From: Octopus vulgaris
Lineage: Eukaryota
Length of the DNA stretch: 64,000 nt
Reading direction: 5' to 3'
Assembly (NCBI GenBank): GCA_951406725.2
Contig: OX597829.1
Span: 2,728,001-2,792,000, forward strand
Under the pieces are notes generated by a model. That model did no database searches, was not told the origin of the DNA, and saw only the letters and a list, made by a program, of their open reading frames with translations. Position numbers and translations under genes: made by a program. Within the stretch, counting starts at the first letter, position 1. Each line of letters starts with the position of its first letter. This document shows, piece by piece, positions 11,760-25,849 of this stretch.

Positions 11760-11833
11760 ACATATATACATACAAACATACATACATACATACATACATA
11801 CATTATTCATACATACATACATACATACATACA

Positions 11834-11869
<36 letters not shown>

Positions 11870-11877
11870 TACATACA

Positions 11878-11913
<36 letters not shown>

Positions 11914-11968
11914 TATATACATACATACATACATACATACATACATACATTATTCATACATACATACA

Positions 11969-12000
<32 letters not shown>

Positions 12001-12082
12001 CATACATATACATACATACATACATACATACATACATACATACATACATGCATACATACATACATACATACACACACATACA

Positions 12083-12118
<36 letters not shown>

Positions 12119-12238
12119 TATACATACATGCATACATACATACATACATTATTCATACATACATACATACATATATACATACATACATACATACATACAC
12201 ACATACATACATACATACATACATACATACATACACAC

Positions 12239-12269
<31 letters not shown>

Positions 12270-12341
12270 TATACATACATGCATACATACATACATACAC
12301 ACATACATACATACATACATACACACACATACATACATACA

Positions 12342-12377
<36 letters not shown>

Positions 12378-12412
12378 TATATACATACATGCATACATAC
12401 ATACATTATTCA

Positions 12413-12446
<34 letters not shown>

Positions 12447-12487
12447 CATACATACATACATACATGCATACATACATACATACATAC

Positions 12488-12518
<31 letters not shown>

Positions 12519-12542
12519 CATACATACATACATACATACACA
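11760..12542. repeat. (TACA)n compound microsatellite
   Basis: Direct sequence. Confidence 0.95.
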
Positions 12543-13065
12543 TGCTCAAATAAAAGAGAGAAAGCAGTTGTTAATGTCATCGAGCACAATGACTTAACAT
12601 CTTTTACAACGTTATTGTCTCTGTTATTAAAACAGGAAAATTGTATCAAAGTGGTCGAATTTCATACGATTTCTGCATAATTTAAAGGAAAATTTCGATT
12701 ACCTTCTGAACCGTCGAAAGGCAGATACCACTCCGTTTCTTTTAAAACATCTCTTTATTCTTTTCTCTTTTTTCCTTCAATACACCTTCTGTCATATCTC
12801 ATTTCCTTATCTTCTTTTCTTATTTACTGATAAATACCTCAAATGGTTTCCTTCCTCACTTTTAACACTGTTTCTATCTTACTACTTACTCTATTACACC
12901 TTCTTTATCGAGTTATACGTGTGTGGGTGGTGTGTACCTTCATTCGCTAAAATTTCATTCCCTTCAGAAGATAGGGTAAGTGTTCATATAATTTAAACAT
13001 TTGCTATTTCATGTACATTCTCTGACACCAATCATCTTCGCATATATGTACAAACACAACTTTGC

Positions 13066-13192
13066 TATTCAGCCTCTCGGGGTCGATAAATAAAGTACCA
13101 GGTACGCACTGTGGTCGATGTAATCGACTTAATCCCTTTGTCTGTCCTTGTTTGTCCCCTCTATGTTTAGCCCCTTGTGGGTAGAAAAGAAA
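13066..13192 (+). mobile_element. SINE family A, 3' part
   Basis: Matches the 3' half of 43597-43822. Confidence 0.8.
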
Positions 13193-13621
13193 TATATATA
13201 TGTACAAAAACAACATGATACTGAACTTACATAGAAACTGAAAACCCTAGAAACAGTTGTTGATGAATAATCGGGTTCTTACATCTGACTTGTGATTATG
13301 AACCCTTCCAATGTTCACCTACTTATGCCTGAATAACTACTACAGGCTTGCTACTCACCTCTTCCTCTCCTTTATCTGTGGTATTAGAATATAAACTTCC
13401 AGGATATATACCTATCTCAGTCAACAGCGTTAACCGAATTTTACATAAATCTATTGCTTTATAAGTTTGTTGAGAGTTGTGTCTCTTAGGTATATCCCAT
13501 TGAAAAGAATAAAAAAACCTCGAAACTTTTTACATAAGGAAGTACAGTGAATTTGCATTTTCGCAATTCAAATATGTCACGAGCAATTTAAACCTGGATT
13601 TTGCTTACACACACACACACA

Positions 13622-13693
<72 letters not shown>

Positions 13694-13894
13694 TACACAC
13701 ACACACACACATATATATATATACACATACATACATCTATATTTGTGTGTGTATGTGTGTGTGTGTGTGTGTGAAGGAGAGAGAGTATGTATGTATGTAT
13801 ATGTGGACATACATATTGCGTTTATTTAAGAGTAATCTCGCAGCTAATAAATGCATAAACAAACCTCATTATGTAAGTGTGTGACATCTGTAAT

Positions 13895-14102
13895 CTTTTA
13901 CTCTTCAACTTGTTTCAGTCATTTCACTGCGGCCATGCTGGAGCACCGCCTTTAGTCGAGCAAATCGACACCAGGACATATTCTTTGTAAGCCTAGTACT
14001 TATTCTATCGGTCTCTTTTGCCGAACCTGCTAAGTTACGGGGTCGTAAACACACTAGCATCGGTTGTCAAGAGATGTTGGGGGGACAAACACAGACACAC
14101 GA

Positions 14103-14133
<31 letters not shown>

Positions 14134-14305
14134 CATATATACGACGGGCTTCTTTCAGTTTCCGTCTATCAAATCCACTCACAAGGCTTTGGTCGGCCCG
14201 AGGCTAAAGTAGAAGATGCCTGGCCTAGGTGCCACGCAGTGGGACTGAACCCGGAACCATGTGGTCGGTAAGCAAGCTACTTACCACACAGCCAATCCTA
14301 CGCCT
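13895..14305 (-). mobile_element. tRNA-derived SINE family B (CORE-like; resembles Octopus OR-type SINEs), full copy with internal (CA)n
   Basis: Minus strand head ggcgtaggattggctgtgtggtaag (A box), gggttcagtccc (B-box-like); other copies at ~14724-14890, 15993-16155, 25406-25798, 43284-43424, 58060-59110, 59655-60180. Confidence 0.8.
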
Positions 14306-14931
14306 TACATAAGGAAGTACAGACATTCGAAGAGTTCACACTCACAAATCAGATGTTTATATAATTAGAACTGCTTATAATTCAAAATTTAAATTGGTTT
14401 CAGTTTTGTGGCCTAGTTGTACATCAGCGATACACTTTACACTATGTGTATATAAACATCACACCCACGAACCCGATTCGTTTCGAGGGGACACGGGTAT
14501 ATGATTCCGACGAGCTGAAATAACAGCAAAGCGTTGATATCCATTGTTTGCATCCACCTACGGGGGTGAGATGACTCTCCTGGTTTGAGGTATTCCTTAT
14601 TTCTTTTAACATTTTGCGTCTGAAAGAGACCCCCGCTTCCGGTCATTCCCGATGCAATCTCACAGCTAATAAGCGCATTAAAATACACATATGTTAAGTA
14701 TATAACATCAAAAATATTTTTTTTTTACTTGTTTCAGTCATTTGACTGTGGTCATGCTGGAGCACCACATTTAGTCGAACGTATCTAGCCCAGGAATTAT
14801 TCTTTGTAAGCCTAATACTTATTCTATAGGTTTCTTTTGCCATAAACACACTAGCGTCGGTGTCAAGCCCTGGTGGGACAACAATCACAAACGCACAAAT
14901 ACATGCTTACATATATATTATATAATAATAA

Positions 14932-14973
<42 letters not shown>

Positions 14974-15689
14974 TAAATGCGAAAGCGAATGTCAGTGTGT
15001 CAGTGTGTCACACTTTTTATACTTTACTCTTCCAACCCTCTCTCTCACTATTCAATGACACTTCTACTATTCCTCATGCTTTACTCCTCTCTCACTATTC
15101 AATGACTCTTCTACTATTCTTCATTTTTCTTCTTAATCCTAACATTTCTCCAAATATTAGAACTATTTCCGAAAGTAATTTCTCTAAATATTACAACTGT
15201 ATCAAGTAATTTAACCATAACACGTTAGGAACTGAAATATGTATTGAATTCACTCTCATACAGTATTACCTCTCATAACTCTCTACCATAAAAATGTGGG
15301 AAACTTAGTATTTTTTCAGTTATCAATAAAATTTGTCGGATCTATCTTCATGCCATCGGCCGTCGGAACTATGGAAACTTAGCGCACTCCGACTGCATGA
15401 AAACCGATTCGCCTAATCCTATTATTACCTTTAAAAATACTAAACAAATATTAAATTTCAAGCATCTTTATGGACAAATACGTTTAGAGCAATTCCAAAC
15501 CATAAAAATCGCACTTTAAAATAGTGTTTAGCGACAGTGGTGTAATTTTCCTTCAAACTACGAACAGGAGTTTAGATAGGTAGTAGCAACTACAAATAAT
15601 TGTTTGCACGAAAAGTGAGGCCCTACGTACATCAAATTGTCTTTAAATTAAGTGGCGGCAGAATAATTATCGTTGAACTTTTAAAAGGT

Positions 15690-15985
15690 AAGTTTATTGT
15701 TGTCTACGGCCAGCTATATGTTGGTTGTTCAAGGGTAGAGAACGGAAACAAGCTATTTGTACTGACCCCTGAATGGGAAGACCAAAAATGTTGTTTATTT
15801 TGCAGCTTTGCAATAAGTTCCAAGTCAACAAATTATATCACTGTTTTGATGGAAATTGTTCATTGTTTTAAAAATATTGTTCAAGTTTAATAAAATTTAA
15901 TGTGTACTCAATGCATGAAGCGTCATTGTTGGGCCCAAGGCTCAATGAAGAGCCCTCCGATGGAGGGCTCTTCATTTTAAGCTAG
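15690..15985 (+). mobile_element. Helitron 3' end (helicase C-terminal remnant, hairpin, CTAG)
   Basis: GQLYVGCSRV then KTKNVVY in a shifted frame; hairpin aatgaagagccctcc/ggagggctcttcatt (15944-15976) then CTAG (15982-15985) followed by T. Confidence 0.8.
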
Positions 15986-16249
15986 TATATATATGACAGG
16001 CTTCTTTCAGTATCCGTCAACCAAATCCAGTCACGAGATTTTGGTCGGCTCGAGGCTATAGTAAAAGACACTTACCCAATGTACGATGCAGTGGGACTGA
16101 ACCCGGAATCATGTGGTTAGAAATCAAGCTTCTTACCACACAACTCCTGCGCCTATATATATATATACACTTACACACACATACCTCCTTCTCTTGCACT
16201 CTTCTGTCTTTGAAAGAACTTTTTTTTCACCCATTCCCTTCCGGTCATT

Positions 16250-16452
16250 CAAAATGTGACCGCATGTGTACCGTTGGCGATTTTTTTCCTCCGTCTTCTC
16301 TTCCTTTTCCTATGTTTCTGATGAAGAGGTTCACTCGAATTGTTAAATCCTCCTTCTTTCTTTCCTTTCCTGAGCGTCCAATAATTCTATACTTGTTCCA
16401 CGTCATCGCGTTGTTGCGTTTTCTCTTTGTGTTTTCATGTTTGGATTAACTT
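16250..16452 (+). repeat. ~200 bp repeat with decayed hammerhead motif; further copies 17416-17612 and 18310-18521
   Basis: Three similar copies; gttt-CTGANGA-agagc..gctc-GAA(T/G)-(c/t)GTT-aaa; each next to (TA)n or (TATG)n. Confidence 0.8.
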
Positions 16453-16460
16453 TATGTATA

Positions 16461-16540
<80 letters not shown>

Positions 16541-16579
16541 TAAAAAATGGAGTTAATGCAGGTTTAAACAAGTATTTTT

Positions 16580-16665
16580 ACTTTCGACACATGTTTCGAA
16601 AATTCCACTGATACTATTCAAAAGAATAAAAGGTATAAACAATGCAATCTTCTCTTCGGGAAAGT
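16580..16665 (-). ncRNA. Hammerhead-like motif with long stem II insert
   Basis: actttc-CCGAAGA-gaaga...ttttc-GAAAC-atgt-GTC-gaaagt; 6-bp perfect stem I, one core substitution. Confidence 0.6.
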
Positions 16666-16978
16666 GAAAAATACGAAACTCGTCAATACGACATTTTAGC
16701 AAAAAATGATGGATTCGTATTAATATTGTTTAAAATAACGTTATATGATATAAGGTCATAAGTAGCTAGCAGAAAGAGTAGGGATATTAATAGTGAATGT
16801 TAAATATAAAGGAAATTAAAGTTTAAATTATATATAATGATAGAGACTACTTATATGCACTAAATGTATGTTTCTGCCAATGCTTACATCTGTATGCTCG
16901 TTCTGGTAACTATTTATTTATTTTTCCGAGTTAATTGTTAACAAGGTAAAAATACACTCATCTATTTATATATATATA

Positions 16979-17045
<67 letters not shown>

Positions 17046-17086
17046 TAAGAAAGTTGGTATGTGAAAGCACGTGGTTGAATATATAG

Positions 17087-17358
17087 AAAATAGTAAAAAG
17101 TGAAAAAACTACAGAAGGCTTGTTTTAAAGGGTTAAAAAATATATATTTGAGTTAATATGTCTGAAGAATGTTATAAATTTTTTTCATACAATGACATAA
17201 TTTAGAAGAAATGACCGGTTTCGCGTTCAGCTTTTCAAATTTCTTAAATGTCATTGTATGAAAAAAATTTATAACATTCTTCAGACATATTAACTCAAAT
17301 ATATATTTTTTAACCTTTTAAAACAAGCCTTCTGTAGTTTTTTCACTTTTTACTATTT

Positions 17359-17359
<1 letters not shown>
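17087..17359. repeat. Long near-perfect palindrome (~110 bp arms) with a hammerhead-like centre
   Basis: 17087-17198 is the reverse complement of 17248-17359. Confidence 0.9.
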
Positions 17360-17417
<58 letters not shown>

Positions 17418-17609
17418 AAATGTGACCGTGTGTACCATTGGCGATTTTCTTTCTCCGTCTTCCCTTCCTTGGATCCTTCCTTTTCCTATGTTTCTGAAGA
17501 AGAGCTCCGCTCGAAGCGTTAAAACTTCCTTCTTTCTTTCCTTTCCTGAGCGTCCAATAATTCTATACTTGTTCCACGTCATTGCGTTATTGTGTTTTCA
17601 TGTTTGGAT

Positions 17610-17648
<39 letters not shown>

Positions 17649-18079
17649 CTTATATTTATATTTGCTTGTATTTATATTCTTTTTTATATATATTCTAATT
17701 ATTATACAACATTACTCTTTTATGTACACTTTTTTATGTACATTCCTTTACGTACACTGATTTGTTCTGCTTTTTTATATTTAACCCTACAGTCTCATAT
17801 GTGGTGGTTTAATAAAGTATGTGATTGAGTATTATCTGGTAATTGATATTTGATTTAGATGTATTTCTCCATTTTCTTATCTTGTATTAGTAATTTATGG
17901 TAAATCATTTTACCTTTGCCCATATAATACAGTAAATGAATTGATTGCATCGCAATCATTAACATTTATGTATTAACTTTGTTGGGTACTTCACTAGCAG
18001 TATATTGGATATACGTTATCCCATAGAGGGTTGCATTTACAACCCCTATCTCAATTTGTATATATATATATATATATAT

Positions 18080-18290
18080 AACGGGAAGGTTTACGAAAAT
18101 AAACAAAAGACGAAGGCAGGTGGAGTACAAACAAACAATTGTATTAGTATGGCGCACAGGAATAGAAATAGAACAAGTCTTTTACGTTTCGAGCCTGCGC
18201 TCTTCGACAGAAAGATACACAGAAAAAAAAACAAGGAGAGAAACAAGGAGAGAAAAAAATGCGTGTAGGAGCTAGCGATCTATCATGGCG
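18080..18290 (-). repeat. ~210 bp repeat with hammerhead motif (18178-18215); second copy ~50700-50910 (motif 50799-50836)
   Basis: tcttt-CTGT(C/T)GA-agagc(gYag)gctc-GAAAC-GT(A/T)-aaaga in both copies. Confidence 0.75.
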
Positions 18291-18519
18291 TTATATATAT
18301 ATATATATATCAAAATGTGACCGTGTGTGTACCATTGGCGATTTTCTTTCTCCGTCTTCCCTTCCTTGGATCCTTCCTTTTCCTATGTTTCTGACGATTA
18401 GCTCAGCTCGAAGCGTTAAATCTTCCTTCTTTCCTACCTTTCCTGAGCGTCCAATAACACTATACTTGTTCCACGTCCTCGCGCTGTTATGTTTTCTCTT
18501 TGTTCATGTTTGGATTAAC

Positions 18520-18524
<5 letters not shown>

Positions 18525-18553
<29 letters not shown>

Positions 18554-18802
18554 TGTATGTATGTATGTATGTATGTATGTATGTATGTATGTATGTATGT
18601 ATGTATGTATGTATGTATGTATGTATGTATGTATGTATGTATGTATGTATGTATGTATGTATGTATGTATGTATGTATGTATGTATGTATGTATGTATGT
18701 ATGTATGTATGTATGTATTTATGTATGTATCTATGTATGTATGTATGTATGTATGTATGTATGTATGTATGTATGTATGTATGTATGTATGTATGTATGT
18801 AT
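18525..18802. repeat. (TATG)n microsatellite
   Basis: Direct sequence. Confidence 0.95.
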
Positions 18803-18954
18803 GGTGGTTGCCTACTCCTTATGCAGAGTTTGACCACCTCCTATACCTACACCTTAGCACCATCATGGCATCTGATGTGGCTTTTTAAACCAGACAATGT
18901 TCAGAAAAGACACCCACATGGATTGCACATCTAATTTGGACTACCAAAAGCTGA

Positions 18955-19047
<93 letters not shown>

Positions 19048-19048
19048 C

Positions 19049-19117
<69 letters not shown>

Positions 19118-19150
19118 GAGATATAGATATAAATATAGATTTAGATACAT

Positions 19151-19187
<37 letters not shown>

Positions 19188-19400
19188 TATATGTATGTAT
19201 ATACATACATTTATAGATATATATATATTTATTTATATTTACATACACATGCACACATATATGATGTGTGTATATATGTATGTAATTATATATAGATATA
19301 TATATGACTAAACATATATATACATATATATGTGTATGAGTGTGTCTGTTTATGTGTGTGTGTATGTGTATGCGTGTGCGTGTGTTTGTGTGTGTATGTG

Positions 19401-19435
<35 letters not shown>

Positions 19436-20226
19436 GTGTAAAGATCATCAATGACCATTGTCATGTTAAATGCAATAACCATACAGAGATTATTAAACCC
19501 GAAACCAGCAGAGTCGGGTTCGTGCTCGCAGCTTCTGTGCTCAACGCGTTACCCTCCAACTCGACCGTCAATTGCACAACCTAAACTTTTAGGCCTAATA
19601 AGGCTTCCACAACACCTCCCAGCCTTTCGTCACTCTATTGACTTCGTCTAGAAGCAAGCCAAGGAATGATATCCAGTGACAATATGAGTCAGAGGATTAG
19701 GAATGTTGGTGCGCCATGTCCTTGAGGACAAGGCGCACCCACACATTGCACTGCGTGAAAACATCCTGATGAGAAGAGTGTCAGTTTTAAAAATATGATG
19801 TATATCACATCACTTGATATCATATTACGCATTTAAATGACATTCCAGAAGTTCAGAGTCATTCCCTGTGTAGTCGGTCTCATACCAGAGTGAACTACTA
19901 GAGACATACTTTAACCTGGAATTTGTAAGGGCCTGCTCTATTGTTAGATAGTAGATGAACCTACACAAAGTTCATCCATCCTCTTGACACGCGTTGTCTT
20001 TATTGTTTCTGGATTTCTAACAGCCCTCTTCACCAGTGGGGCGTGCCAGTTTAGTTGTAGAGACCCTGACTATTCATCAGATTGCATTGGGTTCCATGTA
20101 TTCAGCACTCATTAGAGACCTCACAAATGTCCTAACATACATACACACACATATACATAAACGCATGCATACATACACACACATACACATATTATTAATC
20201 CATTCAGATTATTAAAAGTGGTATAC

Positions 20227-20286
<60 letters not shown>

Positions 20287-20497
20287 GTATATATATGTGT
20301 GTATGTGTGTGTGCGTGTGTGTGTGTATGCATGTATATACATATATTTGTATATATGTATGTATATACATATATACATATATGTGGATGTATATATACAT
20401 TTATACATGTATATATGCATATACACACATATACATAATACATATATATGTTGTGTGTGTATATATATGTATGTATACATATATAGATATATATACT

Positions 20498-20563
<66 letters not shown>

Positions 20564-21353
20564 AACATATATAAGATACTTTTTATCTTATATTAAACTT
20601 GTTAAAAGTTTTTGATAATTATATATATTTAATTAAAAAATATATATAAATAAAAAAATATATATATATATAAATATATATATATATTTATATATATTTA
20701 TATACATATTTATAAGTATAAATTAATAATTAAAAAATTTTTTTTAATTTTAAACTTTTAATTTAAATAATTTAAATTTTGAATATTATATTTTATATAT
20801 TCTGTATATTTTATTATATTAATTAATTTTATTTCTATGTTTTGGTTTATGTTTTTCACTGTTTGATTTGCCTAATAGTGGTTTTATCTCTAATTTAATA
20901 TAAATATATATACATACATACATACATACACATACATACATATACATACATATATATATATATATTTGTGTGTGTGTGTATGTATTTAAGGAGATGTACT
21001 TGCATAACAAGTGACCTGATCTGAGATCGTGTGCTGGAACGAAAACAATTGCAGCACGGAATTTGGTCAGTGAAGAGGTCGCGGTCTGAAAGCGATGAAA
21101 ATATTTTGACAAATAAAATTTTAATGTTGAAGTGAATCTAACAGTTTTTGTGTGTTTCTTAAATGGCTTATAAACACCTTCCACGCTGCAATTGTTTATA
21201 TATATATATGTACTTTATTAATAAAGCTGCAAAAACATCACAAAAATACCACAAAAAACTGCTTCTCAGAGTTTTACGTTTCCGTTTGTTTGGCAATTGT
21301 AATCCACGCTTGCATACTTACATACATACAAACGTACATAAATTCAAACATGC

Positions 21354-21380
21354 TTATACATACATACATACATACATACA

Positions 21381-21467
<87 letters not shown>

Positions 21468-21715
21468 CATACATACATACTTACATACATACACACTCAC
21501 ATACACCCATACACCCAGACACACAGACACACATACAAACATGCATATATTCATGCATGCATACGTACTTACATACATATATACATGCATACATACACGC
21601 GTGCACATACACATACATACATACATACGTACGTACATACCTACATACATAACTACGTACGTACATACATCCATACACGTACATACGTGCTTACACACAT
21701 ACGTACATACATACA

Positions 21716-21795
<80 letters not shown>

Positions 21796-22059
21796 CATAC
21801 ATACATACTTACATACATACACACTCACACTCACATACACCCATACACCCAGACACACAGACACATACAAACATGCATACATTCATGCATGCATACGTAC
21901 TTACATACATATATACATGCATACATACACGCGTGCACATACACATACGTACATACATACGTACGTACATACCTACATACATAACTACGTACGTACATAC
22001 ATCCATACACGTACATACGTGCTTACACACATACGTACATACATACATACATACATACA

Positions 22060-22091
<32 letters not shown>

Positions 22092-22100
22092 CACACATAC
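21354..22100. repeat. Compound (TACA)n array containing a ~320 bp tandem duplication
   Basis: Unit cacccagacacacagac...gtgcttacacacatacg occurs twice (~21470-21790, ~21795-22090). Confidence 0.85.
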
Positions 22101-22111
22101 ATTCACCACCA

Positions 22112-22485
22112 CCCCCAAATAATTTACTGGAAAGCGGTGCTAAATATGAAAATCAAGAAACGGAATGTAAATTAGAAGTTAAAAAGGACACAAAGAACAA
22201 TAGAAAGAATCATGAAAGAAAACACGGTAATCTCAGAAGGTTAGGTATATTATATCGGCACCTGCGAAACATATACAAAAAGAAGAATTGCCAATCACGA
22301 TAACTCATTTACAGACAGCGAAAAGAGGAATAGCACTAGTTTAAGCAAACTAATTTGGTCCTTCAAAGATAATAATAAAGAATATAAAATTACCTGGGAA
22401 GTATTTAGTAGAGCCAAACCATGTAGTAGAGGAAGCAAACGGAGTAAATTTTGTGTGGTAGAAATTTACCTAATTCTTACATAAA
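22112..22485 (+). mobile_element. Penelope-like GIY-YIG endonuclease remnant
   Basis: QIIY..; YYIGTCETYTKRRIANHDNSF..RNSTSLSKLIWSFKD..YKITWEVFSRAKP. Confidence 0.75.
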
Positions 22486-23211
22486 ATTAATAAACCATAG
22501 ACGCCAGAGCACACAACGTTGTATTCATCAAGCTAAACATACGTTTCATTTGAATAATTACATAATAATATTGGACCTAGAATTGAAATCAAGTAAACAA
22601 TAGTTGGTTGAATTGAATATAAACTACTACACAAATTAATCTTATTCTAACGGTTACAGAACAATTTGGGAAGAAAATTAACGATATCCTTAAATTTAAA
22701 TAAATTATAAATAAATTTAATTCAATTATAAAATTAGCAAATGAAATAATAGACTTATAACTTATTACTAATAATATTAACAATAATAATAATAATAAGA
22801 GTAGTAGTAGTGGTAGCACAAGGTAGAGATATGATAATAACAGTGAAAAACATACCGCAACATGATACTGAGCACTAATACTCAACAATCAAGGATGGTC
22901 TTTGTCAGCAGACTGCTATAAGTTTTGGACAGCTAGTCAATTTGTTTTTAACCAGCAGAGATGAAAAGATTAGGATCTAGACACCACCTATTTATCTACT
23001 GGACATTGATTTAAGTTATATTCTATCTGAACAATGCAGTTGACTCCACCCTAAACGTGCAACAATTTGCAATAAGGTGCACATAAAGATGCAAATTTTG
23101 CAGTATGCATTATTTGCTGCAGAAATATGTGTAGGTGCAGAAATGAAAAGACGCAATTAACCTCTGAATAGAAACTAGATATAACTCTCTGTGCTCCTTT
23201 ATTATAAATTC

Positions 23212-23561
23212 TGTATGTATGTATGTATGTTTGTTTGTATGTATGTATATATGTACGTATGTATGTATGTATGTATGTATGTATGTATGTATGTATGTAT
23301 GTATGTATGTATGTATGTATGTATGTATGTATGTGTGTGTATGTATGTATGTATGTTTGTATGTATTTATGTATGTATGTATGTATGTGTGTATGTATGT
23401 ATGTATGTATGTATGTATGTATGTATGTGTGTGTGTATGTATGTATGTATGTGTGTGTGTGTATGTGTGTATGTATGTATGTATGTATGTGTGTGTGTAT
23501 GTGTGTATGTATGTGTGTGTATGCATGTATGTATGTATGCATGTATTTATGTATGTATGTA

Positions 23562-23592
<31 letters not shown>

Positions 23593-23776
23593 GTGTGTAT
23601 GTATGTATGTATGTATGTATGTATGTATGTATGTGTGTATGTATTATGTATGTATGTATGTATGTGTGTATGTATGTATGTATGTGTGTATGTATGTATG
23701 TATGTATGTATTATGTATGTATGTATTATGTATGTATGTATGTATGTATGTATGTATGTATGTATGTATGTATGTA

Positions 23777-23846
<70 letters not shown>

Positions 23847-23868
23847 CATATGTATATATATACATATG

Positions 23869-23920
<52 letters not shown>
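23212..23920. repeat. (TATG)n/(TG)n/(CA)n microsatellite block
   Basis: Direct sequence. Confidence 0.95.
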
Positions 23921-23921
<1 letters not shown>

Positions 23922-25405
23922 TTAAATAATGAGGGAGATAAATTAATATTAACTTTAATATCAATTTAAAACCAGTAGTCTAGCATACAAAAAATCTGAG
24001 AAGTCAGAGAAAATTCTAATATATGTGTATATTGGCAGGGCAGCCCTGCCAATATACATATATATATATGCATACACACTCACACATATATATATATATA
24101 TGTTTACTTTTATATATGTATGTATGTATAAGAGTTAAGGAATGGGGCGGATAAAATCCGAGTTACATATGTTCGGAAGTGATAAAATAATCCATACAAG
24201 TTATTTACCACTTCCGAGGTTTTGCTCACTATGAAACACATGTAGCTCGGATTTGATCCTACTTCATTCATTAACTCTTGTATTTTATTCGCATACTCGG
24301 CAACCCAGGCTGCCAACCGTGAAATATATAATAATTTTTATTAGCTTATTGCATTTCGATACGGGAAATTTTCACAATTTTTCGATAAACCACTTTTCCC
24401 TTGTAAGTTATTTTATATTATCTACGGATTGTTTGAAGCTCACTTTCTTCCCACACCTCGATCCTTGGATCTTACATTTATGTGTGTGTGTGTGTGTGTG
24501 TGTGTGACACACACATTGATAAACACCCACTTGCGTTTCCATGATCACTCCGCACACATGCCAAAATACAAATACACATCCATACTTTCTTACACACATA
24601 TACACACACTCAAATACGCCCAAAATGGATCTTTCATTCTTTGTAACTTAATGCACGAGGTGGAGTGTGTGTGTGTGTGTGTGCGCGTGTGTGCGTGTGT
24701 GTGAATCAATACACGTGTGTACAATTATGGATAGATGTGAAAACAGATAATCACATAAAACTGATAGTCAAATAAAAGTGTATAAAGAAAAGACTAAGAA
24801 TGTCAACAAAATACATAATAAACCAATGTTTGGCCGTTTAAACCTCAGATTACTCTCCCTCTCTATTTGCATTGTTTATTTATTGACATTGCTTTGAATT
24901 AATAAAGGCTTATCAATATTAAAAGAAGATAAGTGTTTATTTTCACAATGTAAACTTGAGAGGTGGTGGTGCTGGTGGTGGTGCTGGTGGTGGTGCTGGT
25001 GGTTGTGGTGGTGGTGGTGGTAGTTGTTTGTGGTGGTGGTTGTTTGTGGTTGTTTGGTCCAGGACCAAAGGTTTCATACTTTATTTAGCAAATAAAATAA
25101 TTTGCTAGGCGAAGCTTTCTTCAGCAGGTACACCTTAGATAAAATATATATGCACCAGGCAATCCAGTATACGCTCCGTGCTTATACATTCTAATATTTC
25201 AAATCTACCACGCAAGCGCAGCTCCCTGTCGGCAGTAAATAAATATGCCGGCCTTTTCATTTCGAAAATTATACAAGAAAAAATTAAATAATGTACACTG
25301 TATTTATATAAATAATATATAGTCCATTTTTACACGCTAGGCCACTGGTAATTGAAATTTTTAATATTTCAGATTACCCTTTGATATTATAATATATATA
25401 TATAT

Positions 25406-25626
25406 TCTTTTACTCTTTTACTTGTTTCAGTCATTTGACTGTGTCCATGCTGGAGTACCACCTTTTGTCGAGCAAATCGACCCCAGGACTTATTCTTTGT
25501 AAGCCTAGTACTTATTCTATTGGTCTCTTTTGCGGAACCGCTAAGTTAAGGGGACGTAAACGCACCAGCATCGGTTTTCAAGCGATGTTGGTCAAACACA
25601 GACGCACAAACATACACACACACACA

Positions 25627-25706
<80 letters not shown>

Positions 25707-25793
25707 GACGGGCTTCTTTTAGTTTCTGTCTACCAAATCCACTCACAAGGCTTTGGTCGGCCCAAGGCTATAGTAGAAGACACTTGCCCAAGG

Positions 25794-25798
<5 letters not shown>
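25406..25798 (-). mobile_element. SINE family B copy lacking its tRNA head
   Basis: High similarity to 13895-14233. Confidence 0.8.

Positions 25799-25848
<50 letters not shown>

Positions 25849-25849
<1 letters not shown>

Noticed and set aside
11554-12680. Long MYVC/HTYI ORFs (also 18.5, 21-23.9, 47.3-49.3, 58 and 60.4-63.9 kb)
   Set aside because: Translations of (TACA)n/(GATA)n microsatellites that lack stops in some frames
19440-20120. Higher-complexity segment possibly coding
   Set aside because: No long ORF or recognisable protein motif on either strand
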